Program-made: the position numbers and the translations under genes | Assembly: GCA_002633005.1 (NCBI GenBank) | Contig: NMRA01000341.1 | Coordinates: 1 to 64,000, forward strand | Origin: Phoronis australis | Taxonomy: Eukaryota > Animalia > Phoronida | Direction of reading: 5' to 3' | Length of the DNA stretch: 64,000 nucleotides | In this document: piece after piece, positions 53,275-64,000 of the stretch | Numbering within the stretch: the first letter of the stretch is position 1 | Layout: the number at the start of each line of letters is the position of its first letter | Notes under the pieces: model-generated | The model's input: only the letters and a program-made list of their open reading frames with translations | Told to the model about the DNA's origin: nothing | Database searches by the model: none

Positions 53275-55398
53275 GTAGACATTTTGATTCGTGATGCTAG
53301 TAGATACCTGTACCGACTGTTGCATTCGAAATTGAGTGGGGTTCTCAGTCAGTTGAAAATACAACTGTTGAAAGTAAACGTGGAAGTCTACTGAATAACA
53401 CCGTTGATATCAGCGGAAGTAAGCGTGAAAGTCTATTGAAGAACACCGTTAGCGGAAGTATGATACTCTCATCATTTTACTTAAAGTTAAAGGAATTTAT
53501 TAAACAAATTTTAATACAAACTGATTTCACATGCCCTATTCCTAACGCGCTCTTTCGACACGACAACATAACATTTGTCAGATTTTAATGGTTACTTTTT
53601 GGGTTGTTCATTGGTGCACCGTGCAAAATGTCGTTGCTGACTGGCACGTTGAATTTCATATTTTATAAATAGAAATGGTGCGTTAATTTGCGAGATGTTC
53701 CCTTTCTATTGGCATCTAAGTCATCAGATTTCGGCAGATTGGTGAAAACAACGTATTTTTGGCGCTTTTAAGAGGTAGTCTATATAGAAACCAGTAGATT
53801 TTCAAAAATCAGTCTATACGTCAAAATTCAAAACAACTTCATTTTTTGTACATGGACAGGTATCCTAACAAAACTCGTCTAAATGCCACATTTTGTGCAC
53901 TCAAAGACCCTTATTTTGCCGCTGGAGCACTATCATTTTAGCCGTCTCCAAAACCGTATGTTTTCAGCAACTTACAAAATAGATTGAAAGTTGCACTTTG
54001 GTGGCTGGAATAAGAAATGTATACTGTAAATAATTATTTGGCATTTACTCAAATTTGACGGCTTTGTGCTAGACGAGGGAGATAATCCACAGACCACTTT
54101 CCCTAGCTAATTTTAGTGGCCGTTTTTGTGACCCTCTTACTGCTATATTGCACTTTGTAGCTTTATGTAATTTTTTGAGCCTACAGCCAAAGAGTAAATC
54201 GTGATGACTGACCAAAAATATTTTGCCTTAACTTTACATTTACTGAAAATGTCTTGTATAACTGTCGATTTTGGAAATGATGAGCATAAAGTTTACAGAC
54301 AAATTGAACAAAATTTTGATCAGGAAATATGTTTTAAATTGTTAGCAAAGTCAAGTTTAAGTTCTTTCAAATAAAAACAAGTTGTTTTCTGGACGTATTA
54401 CGCGACCAGAATCAAAACTGAACCCCATGACCTTTGTCTAGTGAGTCAGTTGACATTTGGTTTGAGGATATATAAAAACTTGTACATGTAACCCTGTTGT
54501 TTTCTTTCATTATCATTTGTTTGACAATTGCAGGTCAATTAAATGGAACTATATTAAACCCTAGACGAAGCCCGCATGCCAGTCACAATTTATGTACATA
54601 TTTTTTGTAATAAGCAATAATCATCAGTGTGGCTTTGAGAGAATGGTAATTAGTAGTGTTGTCTGCTTTTTCTCTAAAATACAAGCTTTTTACGTGGTTT
54701 TTGCAAGCTAATTACACGTTTCAAGGGCCCCTTATTGGTGGTTGAGGCAACTGAGAAAAGTCAAATAGGACGAAGTGCAGTTCGTGTAATACTCCGTTAG
54801 CAAAAACTACGCGAGAGACAAAATTCTTTACTTTAGGTTATGAAGAGGTTAGGAATGACTAAACAAATTATTATCAGGTCAGTTTTTGAAAAGGTACAAT
54901 ATGGTTGCTACAGAGTGCCAAATTTGGCCGAAAATGGCTTCAGTGTAAACCTGCAATAGCCGTTTTTGCCACACAAAATCAAAATTGACAAATTAGAAAA
55001 TTTTTTTGAAAGTTATGCCATTAAATTATTCAGTCATAGTCCTTCAAAATCGTATCATTCATTTGTTATCAGCTTGCTATACATGCTTGTAAAATACATT
55101 TAAACATTTCTACTTCGGCGCCCAATTTTGCATTATTAAGGTACATGTCCTAAAAAGAGAAATAATAGATGGAAATTTTTAAAAAGCCAAATTTTTTTAC
55201 ATCTCACCAAACCAAACTCATGTGCTAAGTTGGTTTTTATATGGAAACACTCTTAACAACTTTTCCTTGTTTTCCAAATTAATACGGAGTGCTACCAGAC
55301 AGGACGATTTGTGTCAGCAGAAGTTGTTCAGTTGCTTTCAAAACGTCATTTCGTCATATTTTTGGTAGCAATACTCGGAAATTTGAAATATGAAGCGT

Positions 55399-55870
55399 TG
55401 TTGGAGCAAAATAAACAGGTTCGGGGGGCTTTACTCTTTATTGACATAATATGTTGCGGTAGTAGGAGGCGTGATAGCAGTAGTAGTAGTAGGTAAACTG
55501 AAAGAACCAAAAAAAACATGTTCAAGCTCACATGTTGCATAGGGCTCTACCATGTATATACAGTAACATTTAGGAGGACAACGCCCAAGTAAAATGATAA
55601 CTGGCAAAGGGTATACATTAATGACAAGCGTTCAAAACATTAAGTACACCTGAGAGAACATGAAAAACTAACATACTAATGAATGCAAATAAACTGTATT
55701 GTAAGAAACATGAGTACTTACGCCAATATCGCCCCAAGTCCAACCAAAATTCCGAAGAAACTAATTATGTACATTGACGTTTATCCACCATAAAACGTTT
55801 GTGGAATGGCGTTCAAATAGAGCGGTACCAGAATAAATAGTCAGAGAGAGCGACATCTGGCGCAAGAACT
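55399..55870 (-). mobile_element. Possible LTR fragment
   Basis: Present in only one of the two duplicated copies. The minus strand ends with AATAAA...tccaACA; truncated by the N at 55871. Confidence 0.35.
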
Positions 55871-57428
55871 NTAGCTTTATGTAATTTTTTGAGCCTACAG
55901 CTAAAGAGTAAATCGTGATGACTGACCAAAAATATTTTGCCTTAACTTTACATTTAGTGAAAATGTCTTGCAAAACTGTCGATTTTGGAAATGATGAGCA
56001 TAAAGTTTACAGACAAATTCAGTGAACAAAATTTTGATCAGGAAATATGTTTTAAATTGTTAGAAAAGTCAAGTTTTTGTTCTTTCAAATGAAAACAAGT
56101 TGTTTTCTGGACGTATTACGCGATCAGAATCAAAACTGAACCCCAAGTCCAGTGAGTCGGTTGACATTTGGTTTGAGGATATATAAAAACTTGTACATGT
56201 AACCCTGTTGTTTTCTTTCATTATCATTTGTTTGACAATTGCAGGTCAATTAAATGGAACTACATTGAATCCCTTTCAAGTTTGAATGTGTAAGAATTGT
56301 TATTTGTAAAGACTGGTTTTGAGGCCATTATGTTCTTCAAGACAAAATGAAGAATGAAGGCCATTTTTGTTCGTTTAGAGAGTTTTTATCAAGCACGTGC
56401 AATCATAATAGCTTTGTGGCTTACCCAAGTCATGCTAAAGACACTTCAGAACATCTCATGAGATATAAGGTACCGCATAAATCAATGCCAGTGGCAGAGT
56501 ACGAGCTCGTACTAGCCATGATAGGTAAATTTGTGACTGAGCAGGACCAGTCGTGGAGTCAAATCATATGCGACGTTCACCGAAGAGAATTGGGTCCCGG
56601 TTTTCACCCAAGCAGAAAGTGACGTTGCCCTGAACACCTAAGACCTTTCAGAAGAAAACACTGAGCGAGGTATTTGACTTCAACATTTCACGGTGGATAT
56701 TGGCTCAGTTTGGACAGGCTCAGAATTGATACCACCCGGGACCTTCGACTTCAAGAGCTACAAGATCAAGTGTCACAATTGGAGTTAAATGACCCGGCCA
56801 ACTTTGCTTTCCTAGTGCCTTCCATATACATGTGTGTTTGTTGTTAAAGTGAAATGACAGTAGTCAGTCCAATGGCGTAGCGAGCCCATCCTTGCCCCCC
56901 GTCGACACTCATTCAAGTGGCGCCCCCACCCCTGGTTGGTAGCTGTGTAACGCCTCCACCCAGATAGCAGATGTCTGATTGCCCCCTTGGACGACACTTG
57001 TTTAGGGCCCCACCCCCTTCGGCAAGCGCCCGACGTCATCTGACCGCCCTTGCTACGGCCCAGAGTCAGTCACTCGGTATGTCGGCTATGGAGTCCAGAC
57101 CGTTGTGTTACCAAAAGGTCTATCATCAACTGGGTCATTAAAAATTGTCATGCAGGAATTGTTTTCTCTTCACCTTGGGTGTATGCCTTTTCATACTGTT
57201 AATGATAGCGATGTCAGAAATATTCAACGTTCGGGTGGCCAGCGATCGGTGTGGAGATTAAAATTCATAGCAACCTGCGGGGACATTACAATATGAACGC
57301 AAAATTACAATGAGTTTTGACGAAGTCGAAGAATGTTTTGCACTGAACAGGGGGCCATAACCCCCTTAGGTGCCTGCCTTCCTACGCCAGTGGCTCTCAC
57401 AAGGAAGCTGAGAAACACGAGTAAGGCA

Positions 57429-57581
57429 GGCGTGCGTTCAGTATACGCTAGGACCTACGCTAGGACCTAGCTAAAACCTAGTCAAAGTCACGTGTTCTAA
57501 TTTAAAATGCACGGCAATATCTCACGTAATCTCGCGAAGTCTTGCTTTTTAGCGAGGTCCTAGCGTTACTGAACGGGAGGC
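57429..57581. mobile_element. Small palindromic MITE
   Basis: cgttcagta-t-acgctaggacct ... aggtcctagcgt-tactgaacg inverted ends. Confidence 0.6.
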
Positions 57582-58949
57582 AGGTTCGGCTGGTAGTTGC
57601 GTCCACAGTCTCCATGTAAACAAACATCGGCGCCATCTATCATCTAGACGAAGCCCGCATGCCAGTCACAATTTATGTACATATATTTGGTAATAAGCAA
57701 TAATCATCAGTGTGGCTTTGAGAGAATGGTAATTAGTAGTGTTGTGTGCTTTTTCTCGAAAATACAAGCTTTTTACGTGGTTTTTGCAAGCTAATTAAGG
57801 GCCCCTTATTGGTGGTTGAGGCAACTGAGAAAAGTCAAATAGGACGAAGTGCAGTTCGTGTAATACTCCGTTAGCAAAAACTACGCGAGAGACAAAATTC
57901 TTTACTTTAGGTTATGAAGAGGTTAGGAATGACTAAACAAATTATTATCAGGTCAGTTTTTGAAAAGGTACAATATGGCTGCTACAGAGTGCCAAATTTG
58001 GCCGAAAATGGCTTCAGTGTAAACCTGCAATAGCCGTTTTTGCCACACAAAATCAAAATTGACAAATTAGAAAAATTTTTTGAAAGTTATGCCATTGAAT
58101 TATTCAGTCATAGTCCTTCAAAATCGTATCAATCATTTGTTATCAGCTTGCTATACATGCTTGTAAAATACATTCAAACATTTCTACTTCGGCGCCCAAT
58201 TTTGCATTATTGAGGTACATGTCCTAAAAAGAGAAATAATAGATGGAAATTTTTAAAAAGACAAATTTTATTACATCTCACCAAACCAAACTCATGTGCT
58301 AAGTCTCAAAAATGTGATTTTGGTTATAGACTCTACCTGTTGGTTTTTATATGGAGGCACTCTTTTAACAACTTTTCCTTGTTTTCCAAAGTAATACGGA
58401 GTGCTACCAGACAGGACGATTTGTGTCAGCAGAAGTTGTTCAGTTGCTTTCAAAACGTCATTTCGTCATATTTTTGGTAGCAATATTCGGAAATTTGAAA
58501 TATGAAGCGTAATATGCTAAAACGCCAATGTTACAAGGAATTTGTCAGCAACAGAACGCAGTCCACCGTAGTAATTCATCTTCAACCGTGTTGAATCACA
58601 GTGTAATATTAAACTGAGCTAAGAACTACGCCTTAACTAAAGACGCTTGTAGTTCGGAGCTCCTATTCTTTACCGTACGCTAATAACCGTATACCAGAGC
58701 GCAGTGTTCAGTAGTTTCTTGATATTACCCGTTAGGGTCCTGCCACGTCAAGTTAGCCTCAATTTGGGAATGGATGGAAACGTCAAGATAAGCCAAACAA
58801 ATGCGTGGGTTGCGACTCACCATGCAATCGGGTTCACACTATCATTGTAAGAAGTGTCTCCAACCTTAATTCGGTTCCTTCTCAGCTGAGAACTTTGTGT
58901 TAAAATTATTGAGGACAAAGTGAGAACAAGTCTGTATTTTGCACTGCAG

Positions 58950-59100
58950 GGGCACCTGGACCTGAACAACTTGAAAAATGACGGATACCCGGATATTTAC
59001 ATGGCCTACGCTAGAAGCAAACTGGCTAATATCTATTTTACTTCGGAGCTCCACCGCCGGTACAGTAAAGACGGGGTTACCTCGTACGCAGTGCATCCCG
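58950..59100 (+). CDS. RDH-like SDR, coding exon 4
   Basis: GHLDLNNL...AYARSKLANIYFTSELHRRY...YAVHP(G), with the catalytic YxxxK. GTAAG donor. Confidence 0.96.
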
Positions 59101-59379
59101 GTAAGAGGAGCTTTACTATATATGTGCAAGGCAAATAGTGGTTATACATGGTTCCACATCGTTTTACGCACGTGCTGTCCTGTAAAACTTTACGAATTAT
59201 CCAGTGCTAATATTTGATTTCACGGATACGTCCTCATTGTACCTGTGATCCGCTGTTCTGTTCCGTGAAGTAGGCCTATTGAACCTCTGCGGCACACGTC
59301 ACAGTATTTGCCGTAGATCAGCCGTTGTGGTCCGTTAAATATTGTACCTACATTGTTTCTAAAATACATTAGTCTATTT

Positions 59380-60020
59380 ACAACAACTTCTAGGCTCACA
59401 CAACCTCTAGTCTCACACCAACTTCTAGTCTTACACCAACCTCTAGTCTCATACCAACCACTAGTCTTTCATCAAGCTCTAGCTCCACACCAATCACACT
59501 AACATATAGTCTCACACCATCCTCTAGTTTCACACCAACCTCTAATCTCACACGAAATTCTAGGCTCACAGCAACCTCTAGTCTCACACCAACCTCTAGT
59601 CTCGGACTAACCTCTAGTCTTACATCAACTTATAGTCTAACAACAACCTCTAGTCTCACACCAACCTCTAGTCTTACAGCAACTTCTAGTCTACACGAAC
59701 ATCTAAGCTCACACCAACTTCTAGTCTCACACCAACCTCTAGTCACACCAACGTATAGTCTCACACCAACCTCTAGTCTTACACCAACCTCTAGTCTCAC
59801 ACCAACCTCTAGTCTTACACCAACCTCTAGTCTCACACCAACCTCTAGTCTCACACCAACCTCAGGTCTCACACCAACCTCTCGTCTCGCACCAAACTAT
59901 AGTCTCACACCAAACTCTAGCGCTCAACCTACCTCTGGTCTCATACCAACCTATAGTCTCAGATCAACTTCTAGTCTCACACCAACCGCTATTCTTACAC
60001 CAACGTCTAGTCTCTCAACA
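59380..60020. repeat. 18-bp minisatellite
   Basis: (tctagtctcacaccaacc)n. Confidence 0.93.
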
Positions 60021-60279
60021 ACAGAGGTCTCGGTCCTTATCTGCTTACTAGTGCTGTGTCCGTCTTTTTACGTCTTTTATGTTAAAAATTATAAGTTAAT
60101 CCACTCAAAGATGTAAAATTGGTCTCAGCTGGTACTTTACATCAGATTTGATTTAAAATAATTGTTTACCTTTGTAGGAACTGATGAATTTATGCTTAAA
60201 ACAGAGCTCGATATTCACCTCACATTCAAGAAAAAGTCAAAACTTAGGTGACAGTGTCATTTAATTTATGTTCTTGCAG

Positions 60280-60882
60280 GTGTCACATCTACAGCTCTTT
60301 ACAGAGTTTTTCCTGGACTGATAGGAATTCTATTACGTTCTTTCGGAAAATTCATGTTTAAAAGTGCCGAGCAAGGTTGCCAAACGGTTGTGTTTTGCGC
60401 TGTTGCTAGAGGAATCGAGAAGCACTCTGGGAAGTTCTTCGTCGAGTGCCACACACGCGAGCTCGTGCAACACGTCATCGATGCGTTGAATCAAGGGGAT
60501 GGAGAAAAACTGTGGACCATCAGTGAAACTATGTGCCAAAAATATATTTCACCATGGGAAGGTACAAGTGAGAATATTCAGAAAAAACAGGATGATAAGA
60601 AGATGGTTGATGGTCGTGTCGTGTCTGTCAACAAATCGGGAGCAGACATCAACCCATTCATCGAAACCAAGGGTACCGCTGATCAACGAAAAGTAGTGGG
60701 GGCGACAGGAAATGGTGATAAATCGGAGGTAAAGATTGAACACGAAGAGAGCGAGGTTGTGAATGAGGGTAAGCCCAGCATACCTGCTATTTCGGTGACT
60801 TCAAATGTAGAGGTACGAGTGGACCAGGAAAATGCCGTGCCTCCAGAAACGTGTATTTCAAACGCTAGCGAATTTGATACTG
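60280..60882 (+). CDS. RDH-like SDR terminal exon, truncated duplicate (likely alternate haplotype)
   Basis: Near-identical to 61180-61782 and cut at the N at 60883. Confidence 0.5.
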
Positions 60883-61179
60883 NAACCGCTATTCATACAC
60901 CAACGTCTAGTCTCTCAACAACAGAGGTCTCGGTCCTTGTCTGCTTACTAGTGCTGTGTCCGTCTTTGGACATCTTTTATGTTAAAAATTATAAGTTAAT
61001 CCACTCAAAGATGTAAAATTGGTCTCAGCTGGTACTTTACATCAGATTTGATTTGAAATAATTGTTTACCTTTGTAGAAACTGATGAATTTATGCTTAAA
61101 ACAGAGCTCGATATTCACCTCACATTCAAGAAAAAGTCGAAACTTAGGTGACAGTGTCATTTAATTTATGTTCTTACAG

Positions 61180-61892
61180 GTGTCACATCTACAGCTCTTT
61201 ACAGAGTTTTTCCTGGACTCATAGGAATTCTGTTACGTTCTTTCGGAAAATTCATGTTTAAAAGTGCCGAGCAAGGTTGCCAAACGGTTGTGTTCTGCGC
61301 TGTTGCTAGAGGAATCGAGAAGCACTCTGGGAAGTTCTTCGTCGAGTGCCACACACGCGAGCTCGTGCAACACGTCATCGATGCGTTGAATCAAGGGGAT
61401 GGAGAAAAACTGTGGACCATCAGTGAAACTATGTGCCAAAAATATATTTCACCATGGGAAGGCACAAGTGAGAATATTCAGAAAAAACAGGATGATAAGA
61501 AGATGGTTGATGGTCGTGTCATGTCTGTCAACAAATCGGGAGCAGACATCAACCCATTCATCGAAACCAAGGGTACCGCTGATCAACGAAAAGTAGTGGG
61601 GGCGACAGGAAATGGTGATAAATCGGAGGTAAAGGTTGAACACGAAGAGAGCGAGGTTGTGAATGAGGGTAAGCCCAGCATACCTGCTATTTCGGTGACT
61701 TCAAATGTAGAGGTACGAGTGGACCAGGAAAATGCCGTGCCTCCAGAAACGTGTATTTCAAACGCTAGCGAATTTGATACTGTAACTGATAGCGATGACT
61801 TGAGTGAGGGGGAAGATGATTGTGAAGAGGGGGGAGGAGAGATAGAAAAACTGGCTGCAAAAGATTCTGATATCTTCAATACAGAGATGTGA
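61180..61892 (+). CDS. RDH-like SDR terminal coding exon 5
   Basis: GVTSTALYR...FKSAEQGCQTVVFCAV...SGKFFVEC...KLWTISE, then an acidic tail to the TGA. Confidence 0.9.
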
Positions 61893-63182
61893 GTTGTACT
61901 GCCCGAAGCTTACAAGCATTTTGCCAGTGGATCGAATTCGATTCTCGCTTACCTAGATTAGAAATTTGTCGTGATTATTAAATTTAGCAGCTTTGTTCGT
62001 AAATAGTTGGTGAGTATAGTAAATTTGGAAACTTGAGACGGACGTCAGCAAAAATGTTTTGTTCCATTGTGTTGTTCCATTGTGTTGTTCCATTGTGTTT
62101 TCTTAAAAGGACACTGAACCCTGTTTTGATTATTTCAACCAATCCTTGTTGTAACCTGTTAATGCATCATTGGATTCAACTTTGAAGATAAGAGCAGGAA
62201 TCAACTAAAATTTATACCCACTATTTCACAAATTGAACGTTATGCTTGGTGGTCGGCCTTTTACTATAGTTGCTGGGTAATTCGCTAAAAGCGTAGGTCA
62301 CGTTTGCTCGTTAACAAAGTTTGAAAGGAGTTTTCAAATTTTTCTCCAAACTTTTGAGGTTTGTCAGGGAATAGACGGAGCAATAATCGTTTCAAAGAAT
62401 TGGACGGTAAAGTCGTTTTAGTATGTGTCCTTGTAAGTTAGTCGACGGGCTTTATTACAGCTGATAAGCTTAATTTGTACCATGTTTTTAGTTTTAAGTG
62501 CTGCTGAATTGTTATGAATGATTGATTGTGTCTTGTAAGTTTCCGTGAAACCCAGAGCCACGGTCACGTAGCAAATTAGCGAAGTCGAAGGAAAAACAGG
62601 TGTTTTAGAAAATATGGTTCGTTTGAAAATGACAAGACCTAGATAATCATTACACAGTGCTATCCTTCATTAAAGCATGGATTTCATTAACACTTGGTGA
62701 GCAGATCAACTTCATTCTATTAAAAATTAGATTCACTGATTGACAAAAAACATAAAATGGAATGAAGAGAAAAATATGTTGAGCAATGGCTAGGCAATTT
62801 ATTTCGTGATGTCGAGTAAGACACTTATTTCTAGCTTTTAAAAGATGACTCTAGTAAAAATAATGCAGCAGTTAACCGATTGTAACATACAAATAAAACT
62901 CACATTCGCCCGAGTTGCGCGCCTAACGAAAGCTGGTTCATATTTATTGTCAAAACACTGAAATCCTGACAGCGATCGTTGATTGGCTGATATGCATATG
63001 ACGTGGTTGGTGGGTATCGACAGCACCTGGTGGTTGGAACTCTTCGAAAAAGATGTTTTCTAAGAGGAGGGACATCGCATAGTGCAAAGCTTTATATTAG
63101 ATATACAGCTTTGCCCCTATGTGCCTAAAATACTAGACACAAAATCTGTGTCATTAAAAACTATTGTCTTCCTTAAGTAAAT

Positions 63183-63304
63183 ATAGATTATTACATGGCG
63201 AAGTCGTTATTCCCGTTATCTAGAGCCCGTCGGGCGATAATTCTCCAAAATCTACGAGGGCTCTAGATAAGGGGGATAACGACTGAGAACATGTAATAAT
63301 CTAT
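63183..63304. repeat. ~120-nt near-perfect inverted repeat (MITE-like)
   Basis: Arms atagattattacatg/catgtaataatctat and agtcgttattcccgttatctagagccc/gggctctagataagggggataacgact. Confidence 0.8.
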
Positions 63305-63846
63305 TTATACCACAAACTGAACGAGAAACATTGCAATGAATCGATCTACCTTTCTCGACTCGCCTCGGCTCTGTAACTACTTTCTATGTCAGAGGCCCGG
63401 GGTCAGAGGTCGTGACCTTTTAAGAAAAGCCGAGCTATTTTTATCAAATAATGCTTATACTCAAAACCAATTGAAAAATTTAAACAAAATAGAAATAAAG
63501 TGAATCTAAAAATTAAGGTTTAGCAACTATTATAGCTTACTACACATTTTATCACGCTAAGCTTCGACCGGGAAAATATCTTCTGCTAAAGTAGGTTACC
63601 AATAGTAACTGAGTATAATGCTCAAGTCAAAGGATCCCGACGACACGATATCAAATTGGAGATCGGTGATTTACAAGTGAGAGAACACGAGAGAAAAATT
63701 TCATTGAGTTAAAATATTGTTTTTATGGAAATTATGCGTTCTATTTTTCATAGCGTATAAATGTCGGTGCAATGCCCTTTGCTGAACATGCGATTGTTGC
63801 GCGTGCTCATTTAAGTATTCTATTTTCACGTTCGATGACGTCAGCC

Positions 63847-63915
63847 GCTGAGTGGTGTAGTGGTAAAGTCGGCAACTCGAAACGCTTGAGGCCCGGGATC
63901 GAATCCGGCCTCGGT
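63847..63915 (+). pseudogene. tRNA-like sequence (tRNA pseudogene or SINE head)
   Basis: A box tggtgtagtgg, B-box-like ggatcgaatcc and acceptor-like pairing gctgag/ctcggt. The anticodon stem does not pair. Confidence 0.5.
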
Positions 63916-64000
63916 TTCCCGCCAAATGTTATCTCATTAGTGAGATAACTTTATGGGTTATTACACGGTTGTATCTGCCATTGGAGGCTAATATTGTGGT

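Larger units (their letters stand above)
53772..58338. mobile_element. Decayed DNA transposon region (possibly Sola3-like), partly duplicated
   Basis: Left TTAA|GAGGTAGTCTATA and right TATAGACTCTACCT, with an internal Cys/His-rich ORF remnant at 56347-56640. Confidence 0.3.

Noticed and set aside
60884-61016. Alternative hydrophobic C-terminus in ORF 60354-61016
   Set aside because: It is created by read-through across the N junction into duplicated intron sequence.
63847-63915. Functional tRNA gene
   Set aside because: The anticodon stem does not pair and the T-loop is non-canonical (GATCGAA).

Overview
This is eukaryotic invertebrate-type genomic DNA (AT-rich, spliceosomal introns, two N gaps). 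It holds two divergently oriented intron-containing genes. On the minus strand, DPH1 (diphthamide biosynthesis protein 1) has 11 coding exons traced from the ATG at 22444 down to 428, all GT-AG and in phase; the final exon(s) lie left of the window. On the plus strand, an RDH11/12/13-like short-chain dehydrogenase has 5 coding exons (34467-61892), a 17-kb first intron and a long acidic C-terminal tail. The rest is repeats. These include Helentron/HINE-like elements carrying co-oriented CTCF-like motifs, a HERO-type non-LTR fragment, a YqaJ-exonuclease relic, Kolobok-type TTAA elements, a decayed Gypsy pol, several MITEs and more than 10 tandem arrays. A Penelope element with a minimal hammerhead ribozyme sits inside a TIR element with a 9-bp TSD. 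Two tandem duplications split by single Ns are probably uncollapsed haplotypes. I found no CRISPR array and no clearly new biological system. The best leads are the CTCF-motif-rich repeats, the Penelope/hammerhead/TIR composite, the YqaJ relic and a hairpin satellite with higher-order structure. Family assignments rest on motif recognition, not database searches.
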